From a virus (Duplodnaviria; Caudoviricetes), in IMG/VR virus record IMGVR_UViG_3300022906_000002, positions 32,681 through 96,680 of that record: DNA of 64,000 bases; one strand, given 5' to 3'. Position numbers and translations under genes: made by a program. This document shows positions 10,101 through 19,426 of the stretch, one piece after another (position 1 is the first letter of the stretch; each line of letters opens with the position of its first letter). The notes beneath the pieces were generated by a model. The model saw only the letters and a program-made list of their open reading frames with translations, was not told the origin of the DNA and did no database searches.

Positions 10101-11756
10101 GCCGCTCAAGCCGCTGCGTCAGCGTCACAGAACTTCATAGGCGTCCGTGATGCGGCCGGCAACCTTGGGCCAAACCTCCTGAAGACGGGCGAGGACGCAA
10201 AGACCGCGAAGAGCGAAATCGACGGCGTAGCCGTGGCTGCCGCGAAGGCGGCCGACAACTTCATCGGCGTGCGGGATGCCGCGGGCAACGTCGGCCCGAA
10301 CCTGCTCGACGTCAGTAAGAGCGCGGGCGAGGCGAAGAAGGGCGTGGACGACCTCTCGAAGGCCGAGCCTCCGACGAAGCTGAACGAGGGCTTGACGACT
10401 ACCGCGGACGCCGCGCAAAAGGTGGTCGATCCCATCAAGTCGATCGCCGAATCGACCGCCAAGCTCGGCGACGCGACGCAAGTGGAGGGCGCGGCCAAGT
10501 TGGGCGAGGCGCTGACCGGATTGACGGCTCCGGCCGCCGCTCTGGCGCCTCCGCTGGAGCTTGTAGCGGGCGCCGCGTCCCGATTGTCGCAAGCCGTCCA
10601 GGCGCTCCTTGCGGAGCCGGGGCTCGGGACGATCGAATCTCAGTTGACGCCGCTACTCGTGCCGCTTCAGAACCTGACCGAGCCCGTCACGACATTGAGT
10701 GAGGCGCTCGCGAAGTTGGGCCAGGCGACGCAGACGGTCAAGGCCGACGGTCTCACTGCGCTCGGAGAGGCTGGGGCGAAGCTGTCGAGCCTCGCCGAAC
10801 CCGCATCGAGCGCCGCGAAGGCGCTGGGTCCGCTGACCGAAGCGAGCACGCTACTGGGGACGACGTTCGCCACGGTCAATACCAATGCCTCGTCCTTCTC
10901 GACGACACTCGCGGCGATTGGTGAGGCGACCACCGCATTGGTTGCCAGCCTCTCGGATGCCGCGCTCACCACGGGACTCGACGGACTCACCGAATCTTTC
11001 GCTGGCGCCGGACCGGATCTGGCCTCCGTGGCCACGGAGTTAGATCGTTTCGCGAAGGCCCTCGACGCATCGAAGGTGGCGCTGCCTGAGGTGCAAGCGG
11101 GTATCGAGGCGATCGCCGAGTCCGTGGGCAAGCCAGAAGTCAAAGACGGGCTGAACAGTCTCGCGGGATCGATCGACAAAATCGCGTCCAGCGCGACCGG
11201 CGCGGGCGAGGGCCTGGTCGTCGTCGGGGAATCCCTGGCGGCGATAAGTGGGTCTGCCGAAAAGGCGGCCGATGGGCTTGCATCGATCGCCAAGTCGCTT
11301 CATGCCGATGAGGTTCGAAAGGGTGCCGCGGCCATCAAGGAACTCGGCGAATCCGGGGCGTCGGCGGCCACTGGAGCGAAGAATCTAGCCGACAGCGCCA
11401 AGGACGCAAAGGTAGAGATCGAGCTACTGACCGCCGTCTTGGATGAGGCGACCAGGGCCGAGATATCGATCGGAGAAGCTGCGGCGCGCGCCGCGCCTAT
11501 AATCCAAGGAGACCTGAAGGTTGCATTCCGTCAGTTAAACGAGCCTCTGGAGGTGTCGAAGGAAAGCTTCGAGGCTATCGTCGGAGTCATCACTTATCTC
11601 GGGCGAGATGCCCTCGGCATCATTCAGGTCGTTACAGAGCAGGTCAATGGACTGGCGACTGCATGGCAGAAAGTGGCGAGCGCGGCAGCCGCCGCGAAGC
11701 AGGCCATTACTGGCATACGGTTGCCGCCGGCCGTCGGCCAGTCAGGGGGGGGCTAG
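7179..11756 (+). CDS. tape measure protein
   Basis: 1525 aa Ala/Gly-rich helical; tape-measure domain (QKGVIQAEELVKQFANNGIPATALLA); TTG start. Confidence 0.92.
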   Translation: MAQVNQEVLLRILAEVADALKGLNQVRDGVRALASETKAESPLKLDLQIGEGLARLRELRTGIEETVRVTKGDGGKINLKLDVGAIDKELKDLASRVKTGVTEIRNSFEGLGKVKVDLGLARKGSKEFQEFQAELRKLESQFQGAVNRLNTASRGVTFDPISRSATLARDKVRIAAENMADFLGKIPAAVTKDEAAFAGLQAKIESLRAAAARLSQIDVVPPGGVPAAASLTSSIGSLESAFGLASKAAQLFLASLVVQKLLDFGKSAVQVASDLQILQGQLEIFVGGPQEAADAIDHLRDVADDVGISFITLTDNFQKFLVPAQAAGLSLKETQQVFDAISIAVAGAGKSTEEVNGIFKTFTDVLQKGVIQAEELVKQFANNGIPATALLARAYGKTTAEVRELTKEHQILARDGVPALAAEMLKVYGPAALKNVESFRSENERFKNEIIDLKQAFGDELLPALVEVLQTLKGFDGEGTFASLGSDVATVIRLLGDVARIFRDLKNFDLKSAFVGIDVLFLNLAATGVKSFGALEESAAKLTEALGLAPKGFADAVAKSVDEAVEKLRFAAKEARKLGEESRAGAEEGGEGVRNLGEEWKKLYENLKKQQAAHQKNAEDSEKELTKKQLAEIKKREDAYKSFFQKLAELSKTPDPNAPDLAGSVPSSVKAPDVQPGDSTSLAKLREELAATLQAKRELELQPSVSTEDLAQIDSLRGKVQDLETQIRSYGSASGAAGDQAAAGLQKTQQAAAEAAAKVQAELGTKTLDALRQLITGTDDFAKAFTDLSPKAQNAVTGIVAAFEQAAQSGNISRDQIAEFGQLLIKAFQDGGLVGKQFAADLAAAFGTTGTAAGSLTAALRALADGSKTAGAGLKEVGGGATATAASLKGLTGEANVSAAGLKGVGSEAGASVPSLTGAGQAAETAATAVRHAGESAKEFDDRIRSLIDTSGGTATAVRGVGEAANDAAIQVNGAAQAAASASQNFIGVRDAAGNLGPNLLKTGEDAKTAKSEIDGVAVAAAKAADNFIGVRDAAGNVGPNLLDVSKSAGEAKKGVDDLSKAEPPTKLNEGLTTTADAAQKVVDPIKSIAESTAKLGDATQVEGAAKLGEALTGLTAPAAALAPPLELVAGAASRLSQAVQALLAEPGLGTIESQLTPLLVPLQNLTEPVTTLSEALAKLGQATQTVKADGLTALGEAGAKLSSLAEPASSAAKALGPLTEASTLLGTTFATVNTNASSFSTTLAAIGEATTALVASLSDAALTTGLDGLTESFAGAGPDLASVATELDRFAKALDASKVALPEVQAGIEAIAESVGKPEVKDGLNSLAGSIDKIASSATGAGEGLVVVGESLAAISGSAEKAADGLASIAKSLHADEVRKGAAAIKELGESGASAATGAKNLADSAKDAKVEIELLTAVLDEATRAEISIGEAAARAAPIIQGDLKVAFRQLNEPLEVSKESFEAIVGVITYLGRDALGIIQVVTEQVNGLATAWQKVASAAAAAKQAITGIRLPPAVGQSGGG
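10131..10307 (+). repeat. 126-bp-period repeat within the tape measure
   Basis: NFIGVRDAAGNLGPNLL at 10131 and NFIGVRDAAGNVGPNLL at 10257. Confidence 0.85.
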
Positions 11757-11821
11757 CGTGGTCCAGACCCATTTCCGGGATACGATTGCCGCCGATTGTG
11801 GCAAGCGGGAGCTAATGGAAA

Positions 11822-11989
11822 ATGCGGACGATCGTCGATCAGGTGAATGACTTGGCCAAGGGGCTCGACCGCGTGGCGCGGAATTCGCGACGGATCAAGG
11901 GCTTCTCGCCGGGAGCGCCGATCGCCGCCGGGAGCGCAGCGCCGCGGCCATTTCCAGATCCCGTCGAATTGCGGCGGCGCGAGGTTTAA
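11822..11989 (+). CDS. 55-aa ORF resembling the tape-measure C-terminus
   Basis: MRTIVDQVNDLAKGLDRVA... vs TMP VTEQVNGLATAWQKVA; fills the gap to 11996. Confidence 0.45.
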   Translation: MRTIVDQVNDLAKGLDRVARNSRRIKGFSPGAPIAAGSAAPRPFPDPVELRRREV

Positions 11990-11995
11990 GGCGGC

Positions 11996-12649
11996 ATGCC
12001 GATCGATCAGGGACCGATTTCGTGGGAGCGGTATGCGCCGTTCGCCCGCCCGCCACTCTTCGCGGGGAGACCGCTTTCGAGCCGCCTGGCAACGATTCGC
12101 ATCGATCCCGCGCCCTCGGGTATCGAACTGCCGATGCTGGACGGCGGATCGGTCTTCCAGGTCGAATTGCTGCCGGCCGATGCCTCGTTGTCGCGCGCCT
12201 CTTCAGAAATCACCCTGACCTATGCGGCGGCCACCGAGGAAGATTCGCGGGCCGCCGATCTGCTCGGGGCACTGTGCCGCGAAGATGTGCAGCCCGTCAT
12301 CCTGTGGGACGTGTTCTCGGACTACTGGCGAATCGGCGGCACGACGCGCACCTCGTGGGGGCTGTCTCGCGAATCGGCTCCCGCGCCGCCGGATGTGCAT
12401 TCCGGCGAGATCATTGCGCCGGACGGATCGATTACCGCGTTAACCCTCGTTAGCGGCACTCCCGATTCCGGCGAGATCGCGGTATCCGGGTCCACGGCGA
12501 CGACCGCCGATCTTTCGGGATTGGCCGGGAGTCTTCTGCACGTGAGGTATTACCCGGTCCGATACGTGGCGTCCATCACCCGGAGCCAAGACTACTCGGA
12601 GGCCGGATTGATGACCTTCGATTTGACGTTCCGGGAGTGGCTCCCGTAG
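11996..12649 (+). CDS. putative distal tail protein
   Basis: Position after the TMP; C-terminal FDLTFREW strand. Confidence 0.6.
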   Translation: MPIDQGPISWERYAPFARPPLFAGRPLSSRLATIRIDPAPSGIELPMLDGGSVFQVELLPADASLSRASSEITLTYAAATEEDSRAADLLGALCREDVQPVILWDVFSDYWRIGGTTRTSWGLSRESAPAPPDVHSGEIIAPDGSITALTLVSGTPDSGEIAVSGSTATTADLSGLAGSLLHVRYYPVRYVASITRSQDYSEAGLMTFDLTFREWLP

Positions 12650-14815
12650 ATGGCGACCCTCTTGACGCTCGGGGCTTCGATCGCCGCTTCGTCGGCGCCC
12701 GAGGCATCGCTGATCCTTGGGGTCTACGTTGATCCCTCGGGCGAGGAGTTGGCGCTCGACGTGACGCCCCACGCGGCGGCCGATCAGGTGCTTGCGCGCA
12801 GCGGCGATCGTCAGCAGGTGCGAGTCGAGGCGACGGTCGCGCTCGCTCCGTTCGGTGTGACCGTGGCCCCGATCTCGATCGGGTGGGGATCGGAGGTCAA
12901 CGCGGGCGGACACGGGTCGATCACCATGCCCGCGTCGTCGGCGAACTGGGTGCCCGGGCCGCTGGGGTATGAAACGCAGTTCGGCGGACCGCCTCCGGGC
13001 GCCGCGCTGATCGACGTGAACGCGATCTACGGTTCGCGATCTGACCCGCTGGCGATCCCCTTGACGAGCGGTGCGGTGTCCGCGCAGAGTACCCGGAGCC
13101 TGAGTAAGGACGGCCATACGCTCCAATTCGAGATGCTGGACTACGGCGGCCGATCGGACGGAGAGTCCTTCGATTACGTGCTGCCCGCGCTTCACGGCAA
13201 GCGGCCGGGCGAGATGATTCGCGAGATGGCGACGCTCGCCGGGGTGCCCTCGTCGAGGATTGCTGTGCCGACGTTCGGGCCGCAGCTTCGCAAGGGGTTC
13301 GAATCGCTGGGGACCGGATGGATGGGCCGCGCGCGCGATCTTGCGTCGAGCTTTGGGTATGCCCTGGACTTCGACGGGCAAGGAGTGCTGACCGCCTACC
13401 GTTGGCCGCCGACCGCCGATCCGGAAGCCGTATTCGATGCCCGCTCGTTCGCCGCGGAGGCCGGATTGAGCGCCGATGCCGATGCCTCGGTTCCGCGGTG
13501 CATCAAGATCCTCGGCAACGCTCCGGAGATCCCAGGCGGCGGCGGGGTCGTCAGCTTCCCGCCCGAGATTCGCGAGACGATCGAGCCCTTCTCGCCGCCG
13601 CGCGCGCAGTTCCGGCAGGACGCGGGTCCCGATACGTTCACGGCCACCGGTTTCGGCACAGCGACCGTCGGCAACTACGTGACCGAGCGGATCGAGACCT
13701 ACCGCGTCAAGGAGGGCACGTGCGTCCTCCGCGAAGAGGTGGTGACTTGGCGATGGTACGCGCCGCGAGCCGCGCGGTACCAGAAGTTCTTCGACGAACT
13801 GACCCCGCGATACGCCGGGACCGTTTGGATCTACGATCCGGAGTCCGTGGCCGGCGATTCGGCGGAAGCCTACCTGTGGCCTGTGCAGCGCTTTGTCGTC
13901 GTCAGTCGCGATGTCACGGTTTGGCATTACGACGGGCCGGGTGAAGAGCTGACCCGGAAGGTGGTAGCGCACGGCGGATGGTACAACCGGCGGGCGGCAA
14001 TCGCCGAGAAGGACACGCCGACCGATCTCCCGCTCACCTACTACTACGAGGGCAACGGGCGCGCCGTGGCCCACTTGGCGGAAGATTTCTACTGGGGCAA
14101 CGACGCGACCGCCGAATTCGTCAATCCGGAGGGCTCGGGCGATCTCGGGACGAGTTCAAATCTGGCGAGCGAGATCACGGCGTACGAGTTCGCGGGCGGC
14201 TATAAGACGGCGGAGACGGAAGTGGCCCGCACGATTCTCGCGCTGCCCGGCGGAAACTTTCTGTATTCGGACGGCGCGTACTACGGCGCGAGCGGCGTCG
14301 GAGATGGCGCGAGCGAGGAATACCGGGTCTCGTCTACGAAGCGCGTCAATTACCTTCCGACCGGCCCGTCGTCTTCCGACATCGTGACCGACATCCGCGG
14401 GCCGAACGGCGAATTCGTGCGCCGTGTCGCCGAGGGTTCGGAGGGCTACTTGCCGGCGATCGAGACGTGCAACCCCGAGATCGACGCAGAGCGAAGTGCG
14501 CGCCCCTTCGAGGTCGAGGTGTGCGCCGTGTTCTCCTCGGGTACCGGTCGGACCGAGATCATCCAAAACGATTTCGTGGAAGACGAGGCGCAGGCCACGG
14601 AACTTGCGGGATGGGAGCTTCGGCGGCGGCGGGCTATCGCAGTCAAGGCCCGGGTGCCGTTGTGGGCCGCGGGTCGCCCCGGAACGCCCGTCGCCATCGC
14701 CATGCCCCGCCAAGGTTACCCGGGGCTCAAGGGGTGGGTGCATGGCGCGGAGCATTCGGCGTCCGGCGTGCGCGAGCCGGCCGTTACCGATCTCGACTTA
14801 AGGATTGAGACGTGA
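12650..14815 (+). CDS. tail tip / baseplate hub protein
   Basis: 721 aa; GYALDFDGQGVL and C-terminal GWVHGAEHS...TDLDL hub-like motifs. Confidence 0.7.
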   Translation: MATLLTLGASIAASSAPEASLILGVYVDPSGEELALDVTPHAAADQVLARSGDRQQVRVEATVALAPFGVTVAPISIGWGSEVNAGGHGSITMPASSANWVPGPLGYETQFGGPPPGAALIDVNAIYGSRSDPLAIPLTSGAVSAQSTRSLSKDGHTLQFEMLDYGGRSDGESFDYVLPALHGKRPGEMIREMATLAGVPSSRIAVPTFGPQLRKGFESLGTGWMGRARDLASSFGYALDFDGQGVLTAYRWPPTADPEAVFDARSFAAEAGLSADADASVPRCIKILGNAPEIPGGGGVVSFPPEIRETIEPFSPPRAQFRQDAGPDTFTATGFGTATVGNYVTERIETYRVKEGTCVLREEVVTWRWYAPRAARYQKFFDELTPRYAGTVWIYDPESVAGDSAEAYLWPVQRFVVVSRDVTVWHYDGPGEELTRKVVAHGGWYNRRAAIAEKDTPTDLPLTYYYEGNGRAVAHLAEDFYWGNDATAEFVNPEGSGDLGTSSNLASEITAYEFAGGYKTAETEVARTILALPGGNFLYSDGAYYGASGVGDGASEEYRVSSTKRVNYLPTGPSSSDIVTDIRGPNGEFVRRVAEGSEGYLPAIETCNPEIDAERSARPFEVEVCAVFSSGTGRTEIIQNDFVEDEAQATELAGWELRRRRAIAVKARVPLWAAGRPGTPVAIAMPRQGYPGLKGWVHGAEHSASGVREPAVTDLDLRIET

Positions 14816-16479
14816 GTAGCGGCGAAGATCTGATCAAGGCGACACTCGACGCACGGCGAGTGAGGGAGGCCGACCTCCGCTTTGCAACCTACGTGTCGCC
14901 CGATGGCCGCGGGTACCATCGCGTCCGGTTGGCCGGAAGCGGCACCATTATCCTGGTGGCGTCGGCGGTCGGCTCACGGACGTTTGCGCCTAGCGAATTG
15001 ATCCTGCTCGGCAGTAACAGCGGGAGATTTGGATTCGTCCTGCTGGGCTCCTCGCCGCCCGGCGGGCAGGGGGCGAGCGGCTTTCCGCCTTCAACGCCGC
15101 TCGTCTTCGCCGCAGACTCGATCCTCATTACGGCGGCCGTACCGGACACCGTGAGCCCAGGCGAAACGGTGGACGTGGACGTTTTCGGGTACGGGCTGTT
15201 GCCGTCCGTGGATTCGTGGTCGATTGTCACGATCCCGTCGGCCCTCGATTTGTCACCGGTCACACTGGACACCGCGGCGACCGTCCTATCCTGGGAGAGC
15301 CTTGACCCGGAGTCTGAAGGCTACACGCTCGCCCCGGGTCAGTCGGTCGTTCGCGTGACGATCGAGGTGGCGGACGATGCGCCGGCCGGCCACGGATTGA
15401 CGTTCCGAGTGGAGCGCGAGACGGCGATTACCCTTTCGCCGGACCTGGTGACGGTTGAGGTGCCGCCCGCGCCCCCGGAGCCCGATCACTACGCGCTGAT
15501 CATATCGGACCTGACCGACCCGACCGAGGCGATCGGCGCATACTTCCTCGGCGGCATATCGGGCGGGGTGGCTATCCCGCGGCAGAGCACGGGAACCTTC
15601 TATAGCAGGGTCTCGCCGGCAGCCACTGCGATCCACGAGGCTGGCGCCGTCGGGGCCGAGTCGATCGTCTACCGAGCTGGCGGGACCGACCCAGTTGGCG
15701 ACCCGACGGGAGACACTCCGCGCCTCATCGTGATGGACTCCGCCACCGGCAATCTACTCACCTGGAATCCGGCGGACGGCTTCGACGTGACGCCGGCCGT
15801 GCTCGGCCACGATGGGCGCCTCTGGTTCGTTGAATGGGAAATCGGATCGCACGCGCCGGACCCGCCCGGGGCCGCCGTCAGCACGATCCGGATTCGGTCG
15901 AGCGACACCGACCTATCCGACGTGACCGAGCATGCGACGTTCGATTTTGTGCCGCCCGGAGGGATCGCGCACGCCATCATCTGCCCGCGTATCACCGAAG
16001 ACGACCTCTATTTCGGGTGGGCGTACGGGTTCAGCGAAACCTCCGGGTACGTGGATTACATCTACCCGCTGGCCGGAGGCGAGCTGATCGACCGAACGGA
16101 CGACTGGGATGAAGGGCACAATGGGATCGACCTCGGATCGAATCCGCACCGATCTAACACTGGCGCCTACGGCATATTGGCCGGCGAGGGTAACGGGTGT
16201 TCCTACATACTCGGCGAGACCATCTGGCGCCAATCGGCTGATCGAACGCCTCCAGTCCTCGCGTGGCCGATCTCCGAAGCGTGGCCGGTGGTCAATCAGT
16301 CGCTCGATTGGTCGCCGTTGTCTGGGCTCCTGGTCTACGGGAATCAGGTCGCTGTTCGTGGACCGGTTACCGCGGCCGAGGACTCGACGCCGATCGAGGT
16401 AACGGACGTAGAATTCTGGCTCGACGTCGAGAACGACACGAACTTTCCTGTGCAAGCCTACTTCTTTAGGATTCCCTGA
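14812..16479 (+). CDS. tail spike / receptor-binding candidate
   Basis: N-terminal OB-like segment, IPT/Ig-like ITAAVPDTVSPGETVDVDVFGYG, Pro linker, acidic propeller-like C-terminus. Confidence 0.6.
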   Translation: MSSGEDLIKATLDARRVREADLRFATYVSPDGRGYHRVRLAGSGTIILVASAVGSRTFAPSELILLGSNSGRFGFVLLGSSPPGGQGASGFPPSTPLVFAADSILITAAVPDTVSPGETVDVDVFGYGLLPSVDSWSIVTIPSALDLSPVTLDTAATVLSWESLDPESEGYTLAPGQSVVRVTIEVADDAPAGHGLTFRVERETAITLSPDLVTVEVPPAPPEPDHYALIISDLTDPTEAIGAYFLGGISGGVAIPRQSTGTFYSRVSPAATAIHEAGAVGAESIVYRAGGTDPVGDPTGDTPRLIVMDSATGNLLTWNPADGFDVTPAVLGHDGRLWFVEWEIGSHAPDPPGAAVSTIRIRSSDTDLSDVTEHATFDFVPPGGIAHAIICPRITEDDLYFGWAYGFSETSGYVDYIYPLAGGELIDRTDDWDEGHNGIDLGSNPHRSNTGAYGILAGEGNGCSYILGETIWRQSADRTPPVLAWPISEAWPVVNQSLDWSPLSGLLVYGNQVAVRGPVTAAEDSTPIEVTDVEFWLDVENDTNFPVQAYFFRIP

Positions 16480-16481
16480 CT

Positions 16482-17951
16482 ATGCCGACGAAGCTCTCTT
16501 GGACCGACGACGCAGACGAACCGGTCACATCCCTGACGTTCGCATCGTTTGCCCCGGGCTCGCCGAGCGCATGGCAAGATCTGCGGCTCTGGAATGACCG
16601 TCTTTCCGAGGGTGCGGATGACGCTCGGTCCGTTCGTTTGTCGGCCATGGCCAAGCCGCGCGGCGCCTCGGTGCCCTATGAGGCGACTGGCGTGCCGGTG
16701 CTCACCTACCATGCGATCGAAGTCGAGATCGTGGGCGCGGGGATCGTGGCTCTTGGGACGTCCTCCGAGATCGTAGTGCCAGACATCGCGGCCGGTGAAT
16801 TCGTTGCCGTGCGGGTGCGGGTGCGAGCGCCGGCCGGTTTTTCGTTGGCCGCGGCCGACGTGCTGCTGCGGCTCTCGGACGATCCGTACGAAGAGCTTGG
16901 AAACGCGGCGCCCTCGCCCGGCGGTATCGATCTTGGGCAAAGTTTCTCCCAGCTCTTCGAGGGCGGCGCGGTCACCGAAACGTCTTCGCCGTCCACGTCG
17001 GTAACCGTGGCCGCGGGCGCCGCGCAGGTCGGTGGCAGAATTCGCGGATGGGCGACGCAGGATCTCGTGCTCGGATCGCTCGACGGCGACGGCGACGCGC
17101 TGGCGAGCGGCGAGGCGTACGGCGCTCTAGTCGTCGAGACCCTCGACGGTCCGGCGGTCGTCAAGGGCATCAAAGTGACCGGATCGCCAGCGCCCGGAGA
17201 TTTCCCCTTGGCGCCGCTTGGCGCCGTCCCGCTGGCGTCGGCCATTCAGGGCTTCGGCGTGAATGTAGAAAACGCGGATATCACCGACCTTCGGGTCATG
17301 GGTGGCTTCGCGGTGGCGGCGACGGGCGGGCTTGGTCTTAGCGCAGGGAAGGGCATCGCGATCGTCGGGACGCGTCGGGTCCGCGCGGACGTGGCGACAT
17401 CGTTCACCGCTGAAGCATCGGTCACGGGTGCCGTGCTTTGGCTGGACGAGCGGCGGCAATTGGTCGCGACGGACGGGTCGGCACTGGTGCCGGGTGAGCC
17501 GTTGCTGCGCTACTCGACCGACGCAACGACCGTCACGGCGACCGAGGACTTGCGGCGCGTGGCCGGTCCGTGGCTGCGCGGCTCGGCGATGCTGCCGGGG
17601 CTTGTGGCCGATGAGGTTGCGCCGATCGCCCTTCCGCCGGGCGGGATCGAGATTTGCCCGCTTAGTGGCGTGGTCGTCTCGGTCGGCGACGATCCGGCGA
17701 CGCTCGCCAATACTTCCGTGGACTGGGAAATCGAGATCGAGGCGTTCATCGCGGGCACGTGGACGACGATCTACGCGGACGGCGCGCCGACGATCGCGTT
17801 CGATGCGGCGCTCCCCTGGACGGCGCCGACGCCGCAGCTACTCCACTTCGAAGCGCCGATGCTTCGGGCGCGCGTGGTCTCGGTGCCGACGGGCGGGGAC
17901 TTGGCGCCGATCGCCGTCTCGGTGCTCTATCGGGCGGCCTATGCGGGATAG
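16482..17951 (+). CDS. minor tail protein
   Basis: 489 aa beta-rich; last gene of the tail operon. Confidence 0.6.
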   Translation: MPTKLSWTDDADEPVTSLTFASFAPGSPSAWQDLRLWNDRLSEGADDARSVRLSAMAKPRGASVPYEATGVPVLTYHAIEVEIVGAGIVALGTSSEIVVPDIAAGEFVAVRVRVRAPAGFSLAAADVLLRLSDDPYEELGNAAPSPGGIDLGQSFSQLFEGGAVTETSSPSTSVTVAAGAAQVGGRIRGWATQDLVLGSLDGDGDALASGEAYGALVVETLDGPAVVKGIKVTGSPAPGDFPLAPLGAVPLASAIQGFGVNVENADITDLRVMGGFAVAATGGLGLSAGKGIAIVGTRRVRADVATSFTAEASVTGAVLWLDERRQLVATDGSALVPGEPLLRYSTDATTVTATEDLRRVAGPWLRGSAMLPGLVADEVAPIALPPGGIEICPLSGVVVSVGDDPATLANTSVDWEIEIEAFIAGTWTTIYADGAPTIAFDAALPWTAPTPQLLHFEAPMLRARVVSVPTGGDLAPIAVSVLYRAAYAG

Positions 17952-17999
17952 GGCGGGCTCGCTTTTCTGCTCGGCGCGCACCCTGAAAGGTAGGGCCTA

Positions 18000-18311
18000 A
18001 TGACGATCATCGCGATAGCGGCAATGCAGGTCACGGCACGGGGCGGGGCCGATGCGATCCTTGAGAATGCCGTCGGCATCATGCTCGCTCTGGCTATCGG
18101 TCAAACCGTGGCCGGCGTGGTCGCTTTGATCGGACTGAACGCCAAGGTCAACCAGTTCATGAGTGTACAGTTCCCTGCGCTGCAACGAAGCCTTGACGAG
18201 ACGAACCACAATCTGCGGGACTTGCGGGACGAGTTCGCAGAGTTGCGGGAGAAGGTAGTCCGCCATGACGAGCGCATCGAGCGCCTAATCTCTGAGAGAG
18301 GACACCGATGA
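18000..18311 (+). CDS. TM plus coiled-coil protein (holin-like candidate)
   Basis: One TM followed by LRDEFAELREKVVRHDERIERL. Confidence 0.55.
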   Translation: MTIIAIAAMQVTARGGADAILENAVGIMLALAIGQTVAGVVALIGLNAKVNQFMSVQFPALQRSLDETNHNLRDLRDEFAELREKVVRHDERIERLISERGHR

Positions 18312-18595
18312 ATGCAGACCGCCAGCGCCGCATCGTTCGGGTCCAGTTCGATGGCGTTACCATGCCCAGTTGGGCCGCCGTGGCTCTGGTCATCGCATCC
18401 GTCTTTTCCGCGACCCTGTTTCTTTTTGGTATCGTCACGATCCGCGATCTCGTTCGGGAAGTGAGAGTGCTACAGATTCACGTGCAGGACATCGAATCTG
18501 CGTTGATCGATGCCGGGCTCGTGGACCGAAGGAACATTGCAGGATGGACGGCCGGAGATAACCAAAGGCCGCGAGACGAGGAGCGCGAAAAGTGA
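18308..18595 (+). CDS. single-TM protein
   Basis: WAAVALVIASVFSATLFLFGIV; ATGA overlap. Confidence 0.55.
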   Translation: MNADRQRRIVRVQFDGVTMPSWAAVALVIASVFSATLFLFGIVTIRDLVREVRVLQIHVQDIESALIDAGLVDRRNIAGWTAGDNQRPRDEEREK

Positions 18596-18855
18596 ACGAG
18601 ATGACAGGAGCACCCACGGGAGCGCCAGTGGCCATTCTTGGCGGAAGACCCTGCAAGGCAATCATCAACGGTGATCTTCAGAACACGGCCGACGACATCG
18701 GACACCTGATTCTGGCCATGATCTTCGCGAGCATCAGCGGATCAGTGGAAGCGCTGACGGCCAAGGAGCTGGAGGTCATCAAGGAGCACGCCGGCCCGCT
18801 GCGCGAAGTTTGCTGCGCCGCTACCGCTCGTATCGAAGGACAGCTCCCGGGCTAG
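18592..18855 (+). CDS. hypothetical protein
   Basis: GTGA overlap with the upstream gene. Confidence 0.5.
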   Translation: MNEMTGAPTGAPVAILGGRPCKAIINGDLQNTADDIGHLILAMIFASISGSVEALTAKELEVIKEHAGPLREVCCAATARIEGQLPG

Positions 18856-18887
18856 CTCTCGCACGATTCCGGCACTACTTCACCTCA

Positions 18888-18911
18888 GCCCGGCGGACGA
18901 TTCCGCCGGGC
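18888..18911. terminator. hairpin between convergent operons
   Basis: GCCCGGCGGA-CGAT-TCCGCCGGGC, perfect 10-bp stem. Confidence 0.65.
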
Positions 18912-19090
18912 GCCTGCCGCCACTTACTTCTCGATCGATTCGACCGACATGACGACGGCATCAATGCCCGGCCATTGAGCCATCGGCGGATCAAGGACAC
19001 CGATCCGGGCCGCGTGATACTGAACCCATGCTCGGACCTGTTCGGCTGCGGCTCCTTCTGGCGCCTTGACGGTCATGGTAACGGTCCACT

Positions 19091-19411
19091 TCACGGCTTG
19101 CCCTCCTTGCACTGCGGCAGGTCGCTATCAAGCGCGCACGGGTCGGCGGGATCATCCGGCCCGTCGGTGTCGCCGACGGGGAAAGTCGGAATCGGCAAAA
19201 GTACGCACTCGGCGCCCAAGATGCGAATCTTGCCGCCCATGGGATCGCATATGGCTGTGCCGTCCATTCGCACAGCGAACTCTCCGATCCCGGCGCAGCG
19301 CATGACGTGCGTGGGCGGCGACGGATCGCAGGGATTCGGATGAGATGGACCGCACCCGGCCGCGATGATTGCTAGGCTTAGCAGGGCGACGCGTGCGGTC
19401 TTCGCGGCCAA
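19091..19411 (-). CDS. small Cys/Pro-rich lipoprotein
   Basis: Signal peptide with lipobox IAAG-C; 6 further Cys. Confidence 0.6.
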   Translation of the reverse strand: MAAKTARVALLSLAIIAAGCGPSHPNPCDPSPPTHVMRCAGIGEFAVRMDGTAICDPMGGKIRILGAECVLLPIPTFPVGDTDGPDDPADPCALDSDLPQCKEGKP

Positions 19412-19426
19412 GCTGCCGTGAACGCT

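Noticed and set aside
12440-14074. 544-aa antisense ORF (also 19509-20654, 53881-54936, 58744-59670, 63210-63962)
   Set aside because: Shadow frames opposite well-supported genes in high-GC DNA; no motifs
14812-17951. Diversity-generating retroelement target
   Set aside because: No reverse transcriptase and no adenine-variable repeat pair noticed
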